In this document: piece after piece, positions 28,580 through 37,951 of the stretch
Layout: every line of letters starts with the position of its first letter
Numbering within the stretch: the stretch's first letter is position 1
Virus record (IMG/VR): IMGVR_UViG_3300011616_000006
Coordinates: 1 to 64,000 of that record
Source of the DNA: a virus
Lineage: Duplodnaviria > Caudoviricetes
DNA: 64,000 nucleotides
Direction: 5' to 3' (one strand)
The notes under the pieces: model-generated
Seen by the model: only the letters and a program-made list of their open reading frames with translations
Told to the model about the DNA's origin: nothing
Databases searched by the model: none
Program-made: the position numbers and the translations under genes

Positions 28580-28924
28580 TCATTCCTCCTTCACTTCATA
28601 TTCTTTTGCTGTGTCAATGCCGTAATGATGGTATCCGGTATCATCCTCATGCCCGATATACCGCCTGTCTGTGATTGTAATCTCTGCGTTCAGTAACGTT
28701 TTTACAATCTGATTTTTTCGTTTCTGATAGTTATTCTTGGAAAACAGGGATAGCCTTGCTTCTTGTGTTTCAAACTGCGGATCGTTGTCAGCGAAAACTT
28801 CAAACACATCTGACATCGGAGTAATCACGAGATACTCTTCTGGTGCTGTTCCTTTAAACACACCAGTCTCGACACGAATGCCGAGACTGGTCATGATGGT
28901 ATTCAGTTCCTGTAATATACTCAT
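28580..28924 (-). CDS. Tail terminator-like protein
   Basis: FADN and EDDTGYHH motifs; position in the neck-tail module. Confidence 0.75.
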   Translation of the reverse strand: MSILQELNTIMTSLGIRVETGVFKGTAPEEYLVITPMSDVFEVFADNDPQFETQEARLSLFSKNNYQKRKNQIVKTLLNAEITITDRRYIGHEDDTGYHHYGIDTAKEYEVKEE

Positions 28925-29352
28925 ATTCGCCCAATCTCCTCATCCAGCTTTGCTTTCATGACAGCAATACACTCTTTCCTACTGGAGGATTTCGCTGGTT
29001 TTAAGAACGGCTTTGCTGGCTGGCCATGCTTACCATGTTCGATGATATTGGCAATTTTAGCATTGCTCCCTCCGCCAGAACGAGGCTCGGCAAATCCAAT
29101 CTTTACGTTATAATCACCGTTTTTGTCCTGCTTTGCAGAAGTCACACCCAAAGCAGACGCAAGCTCACCAGTAGATTCAGATGGATATTTTGTTCCCCGT
29201 CCGATGGCGGACTGGAGATTGCTCCTTACTTTACTGACCACTACCTCACCGCCAGCTTCTAGCACTTTAGGAATAATAACATCCGTCTGATCTGCAAGCT
29301 GTGAAATCTTCAATAAAAAATCTTCCGGCATCTTCATTGTTGCTTTCGCCAT
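28921..29352 (-). CDS. HK97 gp10-family tail component
   Basis: STGEL, EHG..GQPAKPFLKPA motifs. Confidence 0.85.
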   Translation of the reverse strand: MAKATMKMPEDFLLKISQLADQTDVIIPKVLEAGGEVVVSKVRSNLQSAIGRGTKYPSESTGELASALGVTSAKQDKNGDYNVKIGFAEPRSGGGSNAKIANIIEHGKHGQPAKPFLKPAKSSSRKECIAVMKAKLDEEIGRI

Positions 29353-29356
29353 ATCG

Positions 29357-29692
29357 TCACCTCTCAGTCGCTTCTATTTTTTCAGCCAGCACTTCCACAT
29401 ACATTCCTCTGCCTTTTACATCCTCCACTGACAAAATTCGAAACCGCCCATCCTCACAGGTAATGACTAGGGACGTGGCGATTTCAAGTGTGGGCAGCTT
29501 GCGGAAACAAAACAAGGCGGTCGCGGTGGAGAATGTTGCCCGATTTGCCCATTTTTCATTGCCATGCCGATCCTCTTTGTATGCCCGTACACTTGCAAGC
29601 ACCGTATCACCGGTGTTTACAAATCCCTCGTCATCCTTTATCGACTCGGTAGAAATAATATCAATAAAGGCGTTCATCTTGCCAAAACTCAT
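29357..29692 (-). CDS. Head closure / head-tail adaptor
   Basis: Position, size and the RFRILSVEDVKGRGMYVEV motif. Confidence 0.8.
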   Translation of the reverse strand: MSFGKMNAFIDIISTESIKDDEGFVNTGDTVLASVRAYKEDRHGNEKWANRATFSTATALFCFRKLPTLEIATSLVITCEDGRFRILSVEDVKGRGMYVEVLAEKIEATER

Positions 29693-30039
29693 GGCTGCCA
29701 CCTCCGATCCAGGCGAAGGAGCAGATTGACTGTATTCCAAACCTGCTGTCCAGCACCTACGTTGTCAGCAAAGAAACCTCCGGTCGAACCATCTCTACTC
29801 TCATAGAAATGGCTCGACAGCATAATGACGGCTTGCTCTGTGGTTGGCGGGAAGCGTGACGCTTCACTCATTTCGCCTTCGGCTGTTTCTCCCGAATAGT
29901 ACCCTTCAGATAAATGCTGATAGCTTTCCGCATAGGAAACAGCAGCGCGGATAAATCCCTTTAGCAGTTCATCATCCACATCGTGTTCCAGTATGAGATT
30001 GGCTTTTACTTTTGGAAGTAAATCATCAATTACAGCCAT
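29689..30039 (-). CDS. Head-tail connector (gp6-like)
   Basis: VKANL....DDELL..FI.AA and AVIMLSSHFYESR motifs. Confidence 0.85.
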   Translation of the reverse strand: MAVIDDLLPKVKANLILEHDVDDELLKGFIRAAVSYAESYQHLSEGYYSGETAEGEMSEASRFPPTTEQAVIMLSSHFYESRDGSTGGFFADNVGAGQQVWNTVNLLLRLDRRWQP

Positions 30040-30041
30040 AT

Positions 30042-31217
30042 TTAAGCCATCTGCAAAAGCTGAATGCCTTCGGAAAGAATGACCTTTCCGTCAACACGTT
30101 CGGTCGCAAGGAATCCCACCTGCCCATTTCCAGCATACAGTTCGTTAAGCCTTTGCAGTGTTCTGCCTGCACGGTCGGCAATCCAGTAATTAGAGAAATC
30201 GCCAAAAGCAACAGGCAACGCACCTGTGTCAATGGTTGGTGCATAAGGACTGGTATAGAGCGGATAACCGAAAAGTCTATCCGGCTGGCCTTGTACCAAA
30301 GCAGGCTGCCAAAGATACTGCCCGTTTGAGTCCTTCAGCTTACGGAATGCCGCCACTGTAGAATCGTTGGTAAGAAATACAGCATTTCTGCGATATGGAG
30401 TTTTGAGAGAATACACAAGGCTGATAATATCATCAAAGGTAACTGATGCACCGCTTGTAGTTGCACCCACATGACCACCGCTTGCAGTAAAAATACCAGT
30501 CGGTCTGCCTGTGCCGGTACCGATGCAGAAAGCCTCCTCTTCAGCCACACCGATTGCTCTTGAAAATTCAGCGGCAAGATAAGCCTCCAGATTGAACATA
30601 TTGTCGGCAAGCAACTCCACGCTCACTTTTACAAGATCGGTCAACTTATAGGCATCCAAGGTTTTCTGGTCAAAAGTCACTCCGCTTTCAGGAATAGCGC
30701 CATTTTCAGCTACCCAAGTCGCAACGGAAGGTGTGGCTGCAATGGGAACCTTACGCTCAACAGAAGTAGTGATGGTTTTTGCCAGCTTACGGATAATGTT
30801 ATCCTCATTAAGTCCTTGAACGATTGTGGTCTCAAATTCAGTCGGTACAAGATAGCCGCCATCAGCGTCCACACCCTCAGATAAAACATTTGTGACCTGT
30901 CTGCCTCTCATAGCAGCAAAGAAATCACGGCGGTACTCATCACGGGCGCGGCCGGTCTTGGTATCCTCGCCGGGTTTCTGCGGCTGATTCGTGATTGCAT
31001 TAGAGGTAGGGGCATTCAGTTCGGCATCAATCGCCGCTTGACGTTCCAGTCTTTCCACCTCTTTGCCAAGAGCCACAACATCGGACTCCATCCTTTCATA
31101 GGTAGCCGTATCCTCGGCAGACAAAAGTCCGTCATTGCCACGCTTAGTATCAAGATAGGCTTTTGCCGCCTCCCATGCCTTTGCTCGTTTTTCACGCAGT
31201 TCTAAAATCTTGCTCAT
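30042..31217 (-). CDS. Major capsid protein, HK97 family
   Basis: GGYLVP, WVAE, LKDSNGQYLWQP and FGDFSNY motifs. Confidence 0.95.
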   Translation of the reverse strand: MSKILELREKRAKAWEAAKAYLDTKRGNDGLLSAEDTATYERMESDVVALGKEVERLERQAAIDAELNAPTSNAITNQPQKPGEDTKTGRARDEYRRDFFAAMRGRQVTNVLSEGVDADGGYLVPTEFETTIVQGLNEDNIIRKLAKTITTSVERKVPIAATPSVATWVAENGAIPESGVTFDQKTLDAYKLTDLVKVSVELLADNMFNLEAYLAAEFSRAIGVAEEEAFCIGTGTGRPTGIFTASGGHVGATTSGASVTFDDIISLVYSLKTPYRRNAVFLTNDSTVAAFRKLKDSNGQYLWQPALVQGQPDRLFGYPLYTSPYAPTIDTGALPVAFGDFSNYWIADRAGRTLQRLNELYAGNGQVGFLATERVDGKVILSEGIQLLQMA

Positions 31218-31238
31218 AGTAATAAATCCTCCTTAAAT

Positions 31239-31931
31239 TTAGTGGGAAATTAAAGAGAGCCGCTTTTCCAGCGACTCAATTGGGGTATCTGTCTTCGGTT
31301 TATTTTGCTTTGGTTTTACTTTATCCAGCAGGTAATTGGTGACTGCCTTGCGGCTGAATGCAAAGGTGATATTCTCGCTCCCTTGCCGTTTTTCATCTTC
31401 CAAGATGCCATCCACAAATCCAAATTCAATGGCTTTATTGGCTGACATCCATGTTTCGGCATCCATAAGATGAGCCAGTTTGGTGCGTGACATTCCGGTA
31501 CGAATCTCATACGCATTGATAATGGATTCCTTTACCTCCTCCAGCATAGCAATGGCTTTTTTCATTTCCTCGCTGTCACCAATAGCAACCGTTAGTGGAT
31601 TATGCACCATCATAATTGCCGTAGGGGCCATAAGCACCTCAGTTCCAGCCATTGCAATGACGGAGGCGGCGCTTGCTGCCATACCATCAATCTTAATGGT
31701 GACATTTCCCTTATAATCCATCAGCATGGCATAAATCTGACTTGCCGCTACGCAGTCGCCTCCCGGTGAATTCAGCCAGATGGTGATATTTCCTTCCGCA
31801 GAAAGCAGTTCACCCTTAAAGGCAGCCGGTGTGATATCATCATCAAACCAGCTCTCCTCGGCAATCACACCATCAAGGTATAGAACACGGTTGTCATCCA
31901 CATCTTTTGCCCAGTTCCAAAATTTCTTCAC
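31239..31931 (-). CDS. ClpP-like head maturation protease
   Basis: NSPGG, AASAAS, MVHNP and ETWMSA motifs. Confidence 0.93.
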   Translation of the reverse strand: MKKFWNWAKDVDDNRVLYLDGVIAEESWFDDDITPAAFKGELLSAEGNITIWLNSPGGDCVAASQIYAMLMDYKGNVTIKIDGMAASAASVIAMAGTEVLMAPTAIMMVHNPLTVAIGDSEEMKKAIAMLEEVKESIINAYEIRTGMSRTKLAHLMDAETWMSANKAIEFGFVDGILEDEKRQGSENITFAFSRKAVTNYLLDKVKPKQNKPKTDTPIESLEKRLSLISH

Positions 31932-33187
31932 TTTGTTTCCTCCAATCCATCCTGATTTTGATTTGCAAACAGTCCAGCATCTTTTAACTTGGTCATGTTG
32001 CCGTTGATAAGGTACAAATCCCCACCCTCCTCCTCTGAAATACGGTTCATATTTTCAAGCTCCCGGATATCGTTTGCTGACAGCCAGCCGTTCTGCCGGC
32101 CGGTTGCATATCCAGTCATACGACTTTGATAATCACCTCTAAGCAGACCATCTAAATTGAACTTTACGAACACTGACGATTTCTCCGATGGAAGAATCAA
32201 CGATTGCTGTAAACTCTGCTCCCAGCGCACCACCCAAGGGTCAAGTGTGTATTTCACGAACTCCAACGACTGCTGCTCAATGTTGCTGAAACTGGATTTA
32301 TCAAGGTCGGCAAGCATATGAGGCGGCACTCTGAAAATACGGGCAATCTCATTAATTTGAAATTTCCGTGTTTCAAGGAATTGTGCCTGCTCCGGAGGGA
32401 TACCAATGCTTTGATACTTCATTCCCTCTTCCAACACAGCCACACGATGCTGTTTTCCGTTACCTTGATAGGCAGCATTCCATGATTCCTTAACCTTCTG
32501 CGGGTCCTTAATGACACCGGGATGCTCCAATACACCGCCGGGATTTGCACCATTGGCAAAGAAGGTCGCACCGTATTCCTCTGTAGCAAGAGCCATACCA
32601 ATAGCATTTTTCGCCATGGCAATCGGACTGTATCCAACAAGACCGTCAAAGCCAAGACCGGGGATATGCAGAACTTCATCTCTCCGCAGCATGACGACTC
32701 CATAATCGGGACTTAATTTACTCTCACCACTGTCACGATAGTAGGTGTAGATGAGTTCTCCGTTTTTTGCTCTGGAAACATCCATCTTGCTGGGGAGCAG
32801 CGGATACAGTGAAAGCACCCGCCCTCTGCCATCACGGATAATCTGTGCGTAGGCATTTCCCCATAATAAAAGATGACTCATCAGTGTTTCTCTGAACACA
32901 AATGAAGTCATCTCTGGGTTTGGCTCATCATGGAGCAGATAATACAGCGGGTGGTTTGTGATCCTCTCTTTTCCGCCATCACTGCGATACTGGTAAACAT
33001 GAAGTGGCAGTCCAGCGACCGCCTCACCGAGTATACGCACACAGGCATACACTGCTGTGGTCTGCATAGCAGTCCGTTCATTAACTGACTTGCCGGAAGT
33101 CGTGCCGCCAAAAAGGAAGTTGAACGAACTCCCGGCTCTGTTCTGTGGCTTATCCCGTGAACGAAATAAGCCTGAAAATATGCTCAT
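31928..33187 (-). CDS. Portal protein, HK97 family
   Basis: AVYACV, PNPEMT, GNAY, IARIFRVPP and SNIEQQ motifs. Confidence 0.95.
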   Translation of the reverse strand: MSIFSGLFRSRDKPQNRAGSSFNFLFGGTTSGKSVNERTAMQTTAVYACVRILGEAVAGLPLHVYQYRSDGGKERITNHPLYYLLHDEPNPEMTSFVFRETLMSHLLLWGNAYAQIIRDGRGRVLSLYPLLPSKMDVSRAKNGELIYTYYRDSGESKLSPDYGVVMLRRDEVLHIPGLGFDGLVGYSPIAMAKNAIGMALATEEYGATFFANGANPGGVLEHPGVIKDPQKVKESWNAAYQGNGKQHRVAVLEEGMKYQSIGIPPEQAQFLETRKFQINEIARIFRVPPHMLADLDKSSFSNIEQQSLEFVKYTLDPWVVRWEQSLQQSLILPSEKSSVFVKFNLDGLLRGDYQSRMTGYATGRQNGWLSANDIRELENMNRISEEEGGDLYLINGNMTKLKDAGLFANQNQDGLEETK

Positions 33188-33192
33188 AAGCA

Positions 33193-33221
33193 TTTACCTC
33201 CATAGAAAAATATTGTATAAT
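33193..33221 (+). promoter_or_regulatory. Antisense-oriented sigma-A promoter in the terL-portal spacer
   Basis: TTTACC-17 bp-TATAAT. Confidence 0.6.
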
Positions 33222-33227
33222 ATAAGG

Positions 33228-33500
33228 GCATAATTTGTATGTGTCTCTGGGTGGGTGCAATTCCCGCGACTCCCAACATTTTCATCAACTCCATCGTTTC
33301 TAGTGTTACTGCCTTTTGGGTAGGTATCATCAGAGCGATAGCAACTAATGTATTTCCAAAATTAAAGGAGAAGATGCCTATGTTAGTTATTTTTATCGTT
33401 GCTCTGCTTGGCACCGCGGGAGTTACCGTAGTTTGGCAGGGTTGTATAGCAACCAGCAGAGTAACAACCAAAATCCTAAGCCTCTTGGAGGCTTTTTTAT
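33228..33500 (+). ncRNA. Candidate ~270-nt structured RNA (or small hydrophobic peptide mRNA)
   Basis: Bounded by a promoter and a terminator; T-loop-like hairpin and several long stems. Confidence 0.4.
33478..33498 (+). terminator. Intrinsic terminator of the antisense unit
   Basis: AAGCCTC-TTG-GAGGCTT followed by TTTT. Confidence 0.7.
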
Positions 33501-35101
33501 TATAAAATCAATAATCCCCTTTCCGCATAAACACTACCTCCCGTGTCGTTACCACAGCGAATGGAACGGTCAAGCGCCATTATGGTTGCTACGGCACCGT
33601 CAATTTTCTCTGTAGATTTTTCTTTGTCTGGCTTGATGTTGCCGGCCGGGTCACTCTTGATAAAAATGTTATCCATCATCCATCGCAGAACCGGATGACC
33701 GCCGTGTGCCAGTTTTTCTTCCAGTGTCAGCTTCATTAGTTCCTTAGTCGGTGGAGACATATCCTTAAATCCCTGCCCAAAGGGAACAACAGTGAATCCC
33801 AATCCCTCAAGATTTTGTACCATCTGCACTGCACCCCATCGGTCAAAGGCAATTTCACGAATATTGAACCTTGTGCCAAGTTCCTCTATATATTTTTCGA
33901 TGTAGCCGTAGTGAACGACATTGCCCTCGGTAGTCAGCAGAAATTCTTGCTTTTCCCAAAGGTCATACTGTACATGGTCACGGCGGACACGAAGATCGAT
34001 GTTGTCCTCCGGCATCCAAAAGAAAGGAAGAATCTGATATTTATCCGTTTCATCTTCAGGCGGAAATACCAACACAAAGGCTGTGATATCCGTAGTCGAA
34101 GATAAATCCAAGCCACCATAACAGACACGACCTTCCAACGATTCTGGAGAAACGGGGAAGGCACAGGCATCCCACTTTGCCATCTGCATCCAGCGGACAG
34201 CTTGCTTTACCCATTGATTCAAACGAAGCTGACGAAAGCTGTTCTCTTCAGCAGGATTCTGCTTTGCTGATTCACAGGCCGCCTCTACCTTATCAATACC
34301 CACTGTGATGTTCAGTGAGGGGTTTGCTTTCTGCCAGACCTTTGGGTCCGTCCAGTCGTCCTCTTCTTTTGCACCATAAATCACAGGATAGAAAGTCGGG
34401 TCATGCTTTCGCCCCTCTAAAATATCCAACGCCTTCTGATGAGTTTCATAGCAGATGCTGTTGGTATCGCTGCCGGCCGTAGTGATAAGAAAATACAGCG
34501 GCTGCATTCTCGCATCACCGGAACCCTTGGTCATAACATCAAATAGTTTTCGGTTTGGCTGGGTATGGAGTTCATCAAAGACCACACCGTGTATATTAAA
34601 CCCGTGCTTTGAGTAAGCCTCGGCACTTAGCACCTGATAAAAACTGTTGGTCGGAAGATATATAATTCGCTTGGTGGAGGCAAGGATTTTCACCCTACGG
34701 GATAATGCCGGACACATCCGCACCATATCAGCAGCAACCTCAAAAACAATACTGGCTTGCTGACGGTCAGCGGCACAGCCATACACCTCGGCACGTTCTT
34801 CACCATCTCCGCAGGTGAGAAGTAAGGCCACTGCAGCAGCTAACTCCGACTTGCCTTGTTTTTTGGGGATTTCAATGTAGGCAGTGTTAAATTGGCGGTA
34901 TCCGTTTGGCTTTAACACTCCAAACAAATCCCGGATAATCTGCTCTTGCCAGTCAATAAGAGTGAATGGCTTTCCTGCCCATTTACCCTTGGTATGTGAC
35001 AGAGCCTCAATAAATGCCACGGCATAATCAGCGGCATTACTGTCGTATGCAGAGTCAGCCGACATGAACCTAGTAGGTTTGTATTTATTCAGTTTTCGCA
35101 T
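33500..35101 (-). CDS. Terminase large subunit
   Basis: PKKQGKS Walker A, FDELH, GGLDLS..D, FDRWG and KIDG motifs. Confidence 0.95.
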   Translation of the reverse strand: MRKLNKYKPTRFMSADSAYDSNAADYAVAFIEALSHTKGKWAGKPFTLIDWQEQIIRDLFGVLKPNGYRQFNTAYIEIPKKQGKSELAAAVALLLTCGDGEERAEVYGCAADRQQASIVFEVAADMVRMCPALSRRVKILASTKRIIYLPTNSFYQVLSAEAYSKHGFNIHGVVFDELHTQPNRKLFDVMTKGSGDARMQPLYFLITTAGSDTNSICYETHQKALDILEGRKHDPTFYPVIYGAKEEDDWTDPKVWQKANPSLNITVGIDKVEAACESAKQNPAEENSFRQLRLNQWVKQAVRWMQMAKWDACAFPVSPESLEGRVCYGGLDLSSTTDITAFVLVFPPEDETDKYQILPFFWMPEDNIDLRVRRDHVQYDLWEKQEFLLTTEGNVVHYGYIEKYIEELGTRFNIREIAFDRWGAVQMVQNLEGLGFTVVPFGQGFKDMSPPTKELMKLTLEEKLAHGGHPVLRWMMDNIFIKSDPAGNIKPDKEKSTEKIDGAVATIMALDRSIRCGNDTGGSVYAERGLLIL

Positions 35102-35132
35102 ATCAGCCAATCCCTCCTTCTTGATTAATGGC

Positions 35133-35161
35133 AAAAGAAAAGAGCCTCAACAGAAGCTCTT
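35133..35161 (-). terminator. Terminator closing the amidoligase-GGCT cassette
   Basis: AAGAGCTTC-TGTT-GAGGCTCTT followed by TTCTTTT on -. Confidence 0.65.
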
Positions 35162-35181
35162 AAAAGTTATGTGTTTCGTGA

Positions 35182-35385
35182 TTATTCCTGTCCGCAGCGG
35201 TGTATGGTTTCAAGAATTGAATCCTGCTCCGCAGTTCCCACGCCAATACTCTCCAGAGCCTCACGTGTGCCGCAGTCGGGGCAGATAAGCGTTTCATTGT
35301 CCTGTCGGGAAAGGGCAGGCGCACCGCCGTAAATCGCCCCACAACGGGGACAGGTTTTAAGCCTGATTTCATTTGTATTCTTCAT
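35182..35385 (-). CDS. Small zinc-finger protein
   Basis: CPRCG...PALSR.DN.T.ICPDCG; AGGAGG RBS. Confidence 0.75.
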   Translation of the reverse strand: MKNTNEIRLKTCPRCGAIYGGAPALSRQDNETLICPDCGTREALESIGVGTAEQDSILETIHRCGQE

Positions 35386-35845
35386 CGCAATGCCTCCTGC
35401 TGTTTTCCACAGCCGTATATAAAATCTCCTTATCAAATCCGAATGACCGGTAACCCTCAAGGCAGGTTCGCATATAAAAATCGCTCGGTATTCCAAGCGG
35501 TCGCTCCTCGTGCATGATATACACGAAGATACCCCTCACTCTAATTTTTCCGGTTCTGATTCCAGTGATGGGGAGTTTCATTTCTGCCTTGTAATAAAAG
35601 CTGGGGTACCCCTCGTAGCGGTCCAGAGCAAGTTCATCTGATTCTGTTACTTCCCATACTGCAACAGGAACTTGGCATCCGTCTTTTGGCTCAATGGTAA
35701 GATAAGAGCCTGTTTTACTGCCTTTAAAAAGCAGTTCGTAATCGTCAATTATTGATGTTCCGATAATCCTAGCCTGTGGGCATCGCATCCGCATCTGCCG
35801 AATGTTTAGGTTGCTTCCGTAAGCAATGTAATATCTTTTTTTCAT
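35369..35845 (-). CDS. Gamma-glutamylcyclotransferase (AIG2-like)
   Basis: YIAYGSNL..QM..RCP and LDRYEG.P.FY motifs. Confidence 0.9.
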   Translation of the reverse strand: MKKRYYIAYGSNLNIRQMRMRCPQARIIGTSIIDDYELLFKGSKTGSYLTIEPKDGCQVPVAVWEVTESDELALDRYEGYPSFYYKAEMKLPITGIRTGKIRVRGIFVYIMHEERPLGIPSDFYMRTCLEGYRSFGFDKEILYTAVENSRRHCDEEYK

Positions 35846-35950
35846 AATGGTATCCGTCCTTTCCGAAGGGATCACCCTTCTACCACCTTAAGACCGCCGC
35901 AGCGGTCAAACTGTTTTTAAGGTGGCAGAAGGCTAACTCCTGCGTGTCCT

Positions 35951-36898
35951 TCAAGCGGCTCTGCCGTTTCTAAAGGCTGTGTCGCCTGCTAGTCTTTTTG
36001 TAAGAATTTCTCTTGCTGTCTTGAACTCGTCTCCGATAAATCCAAGCCTTAAAAGCCAAGTCCTCATTGCGTATTTAGGATTTTCATTCTGCTGTGGCTT
36101 TGGGCTGGCTGTGCGTACCGTCTTTGCCATTTGGCTGAGTGCAAGGCAAAGTTGGATGTAGCTTTTTAGCTGTCCGGCATGAAGTCCATTAAGTTTTCCG
36201 TCTGTAGGTGCATCAAACTGGAAAAGTCTAAATTCAATTGTTCCCTTTGTGAAGGTCGCATGGTAGTTGAGCATATGGTATCGGCTATCGTTGTAATGGT
36301 GGTCTCTGCCGTAGTTTGCTCCGTTTGAGGAGTACCAAATGTCTGCCATGGCTGATATGGTTTTCGGTTTTCTTTTGTTGACCTGCTCTAAAAATCTTGG
36401 GTCAACCGTTCTGCAGTAGCGGTTCATCCTGCCTCGGTCAAGGTCAAGAGCATCGGCAATCAAATCCTCGTGGCTTGCCATGATATTTGCAAGGTTTCTC
36501 ATGGTTTGCGGTGTGTGTCCGTTTGCTCCGATGTGGATGTGAACCCCGCACCCTCTGGAGGCATCGCTTTTTGCTCCTGCGTGGCGAAGTTTGCGGATAA
36601 GCTCCTGTAAGGTTTCAATGTCGCTGTAGTTAAGAATCGGTGTAACTAGTTCGCATTTTTCGTTGTCGGGTCCCGCAATGCTGACATCCTTTTGGAATTT
36701 CCACTCCCTGCCGTCTGCGTCCCAAGCCGACCAAGTGCTGTAGCCGTTCCTGCCTGCCGTGTTTTCGTAGCGGTGTGTCCCAAAGAAAGCGGCTGCATGC
36801 CTCGCTGCTTTTTCTCTGCCTATATTATTCATCTCGACCTCAACGCCGATGGTCTGCTTTTTCATTTCTTCAATCTGGTTTGCAATCTTTTCATTCAT
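35951..36898 (-). CDS. Amidoligase_2 family enzyme (COOH-NH2 ligase)
   Basis: GVEVE, D.SI, ELVTP, CGVHIH, RY..LN and TIEFR motifs. Confidence 0.9.
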   Translation of the reverse strand: MNEKIANQIEEMKKQTIGVEVEMNNIGREKAARHAAAFFGTHRYENTAGRNGYSTWSAWDADGREWKFQKDVSIAGPDNEKCELVTPILNYSDIETLQELIRKLRHAGAKSDASRGCGVHIHIGANGHTPQTMRNLANIMASHEDLIADALDLDRGRMNRYCRTVDPRFLEQVNKRKPKTISAMADIWYSSNGANYGRDHHYNDSRYHMLNYHATFTKGTIEFRLFQFDAPTDGKLNGLHAGQLKSYIQLCLALSQMAKTVRTASPKPQQNENPKYAMRTWLLRLGFIGDEFKTAREILTKRLAGDTAFRNGRAA

Positions 36899-37023
36899 CG
36901 TATTTTCCTCCGCTTTCGCTGTGTTTTTCCCTTTCGGTGTGTACATATTCGCTCTTTTCACAGATAATAGCAATACGATTATTACACAATCATTCGAGTG
37001 GTAAATTGTGTATATTATGGTGG

Positions 37024-37248
37024 TTATTCAGCCACCTTTTTAACAATATCCTCACCATAAACAACATGAAGTCCACTCCCATTATCCCAGTGCACCATAA
37101 TGGATGCAGTATCATCAATGCCCGTTACTGTACCAAACGTTCCAATGGGTGGAGCCTGCGGGTCATTCATTTTCACAAGCTCCACTCTTGTACCCATTGG
37201 ATAGGATTTACGAATACTCTCTACAATTTCTCTACTCGGAAATCTCAT
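37024..37248 (-). CDS. DUF4314 protein
   Basis: YP.GTRVEL..M.DP...P.G..GTV..IDD.....V.WDNGS.L. Confidence 0.85.
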   Translation of the reverse strand: MRFPSREIVESIRKSYPMGTRVELVKMNDPQAPPIGTFGTVTGIDDTASIMVHWDNGSGLHVVYGEDIVKKVAE

Positions 37249-37951
37249 TGTCAGCACCTCCCTTAAAAGCCGAAGAACCTTCAAGATTGCGAAGTAATAT
37301 CTTCCGTTCGGCTTTGTACTCATCACCAATGAATCCTAATCGGAGCAGAAAGCAACGGAATGCATATTTTTCATTGCTCACAGGCTTTTCCTTGGCAGTG
37401 ACACGTTTTTGCTCCTTTGCCATATCGCAAAGAGCAGTGATGAATTTGGTGTAGGCTCTTACTAAGGCTGCATCACCCTGCGGGTTAAACCAAGGGAATG
37501 AAACTTTATCCTCCGTTATCTCAATCGGCAAATCAGCCACCCCAAGTGCCTTTTTAATCAATGCCGATTTACTGGTAACCAGCTTGTTAAGATTTTCAAT
37601 AGCTGTGTCAGTAAACCCATCCCTTGGCATTTGAATAACCAAACCATCAATCCCAGTAGTTTCAGTATCTTCCTGCGATTCTTGTTCTCTTGCTGCAAGC
37701 CACTGCTTTCTGATTTTCTCCGAACCTGCGACAATGCCTCGGTCTGCAAGCTGCTCCAGCAGACTTTCAACCTTATCTTCATCTACTCCATCATCAAAGG
37801 AAACTGTGCCGTTTTTGTCAATCGTAAAATCGCCAACTTCATAAGCCGCACTCGGCATTCCGAGGTATTTCGGTTTCAATCCCAAAATCTCGCCCATAGC
37901 TGTAACCAGTGCCTTTCTTTCGCTTCCGGTAACATTGAAATTAATCTTCAT
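37232..37951 (-). CDS. Conserved phage 'virulence-related' protein
   Basis: RKALV..., YLGMPS.AY, FPWF and NEKYAFRCFLLRLGFIG motifs. Confidence 0.8.
   Translation of the reverse strand: MKINFNVTGSERKALVTAMGEILGLKPKYLGMPSAAYEVGDFTIDKNGTVSFDDGVDEDKVESLLEQLADRGIVAGSEKIRKQWLAAREQESQEDTETTGIDGLVIQMPRDGFTDTAIENLNKLVTSKSALIKKALGVADLPIEITEDKVSFPWFNPQGDAALVRAYTKFITALCDMAKEQKRVTAKEKPVSNEKYAFRCFLLRLGFIGDEYKAERKILLRNLEGSSAFKGGADNEISE

Noticed and set aside
33251-33445. Canonical tRNA, tmRNA or FMN/cobalamin riboswitch
   Set aside because: Only a T-loop-like hairpin matches; there is no cloverleaf in normal order, no G3-U70 pair, no tag frame and no riboswitch core.
33184-33471. 95-aa - strand ORF between terL and portal
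   Set aside because: No RBS or motif; the promoter and terminator signals point to the + strand.
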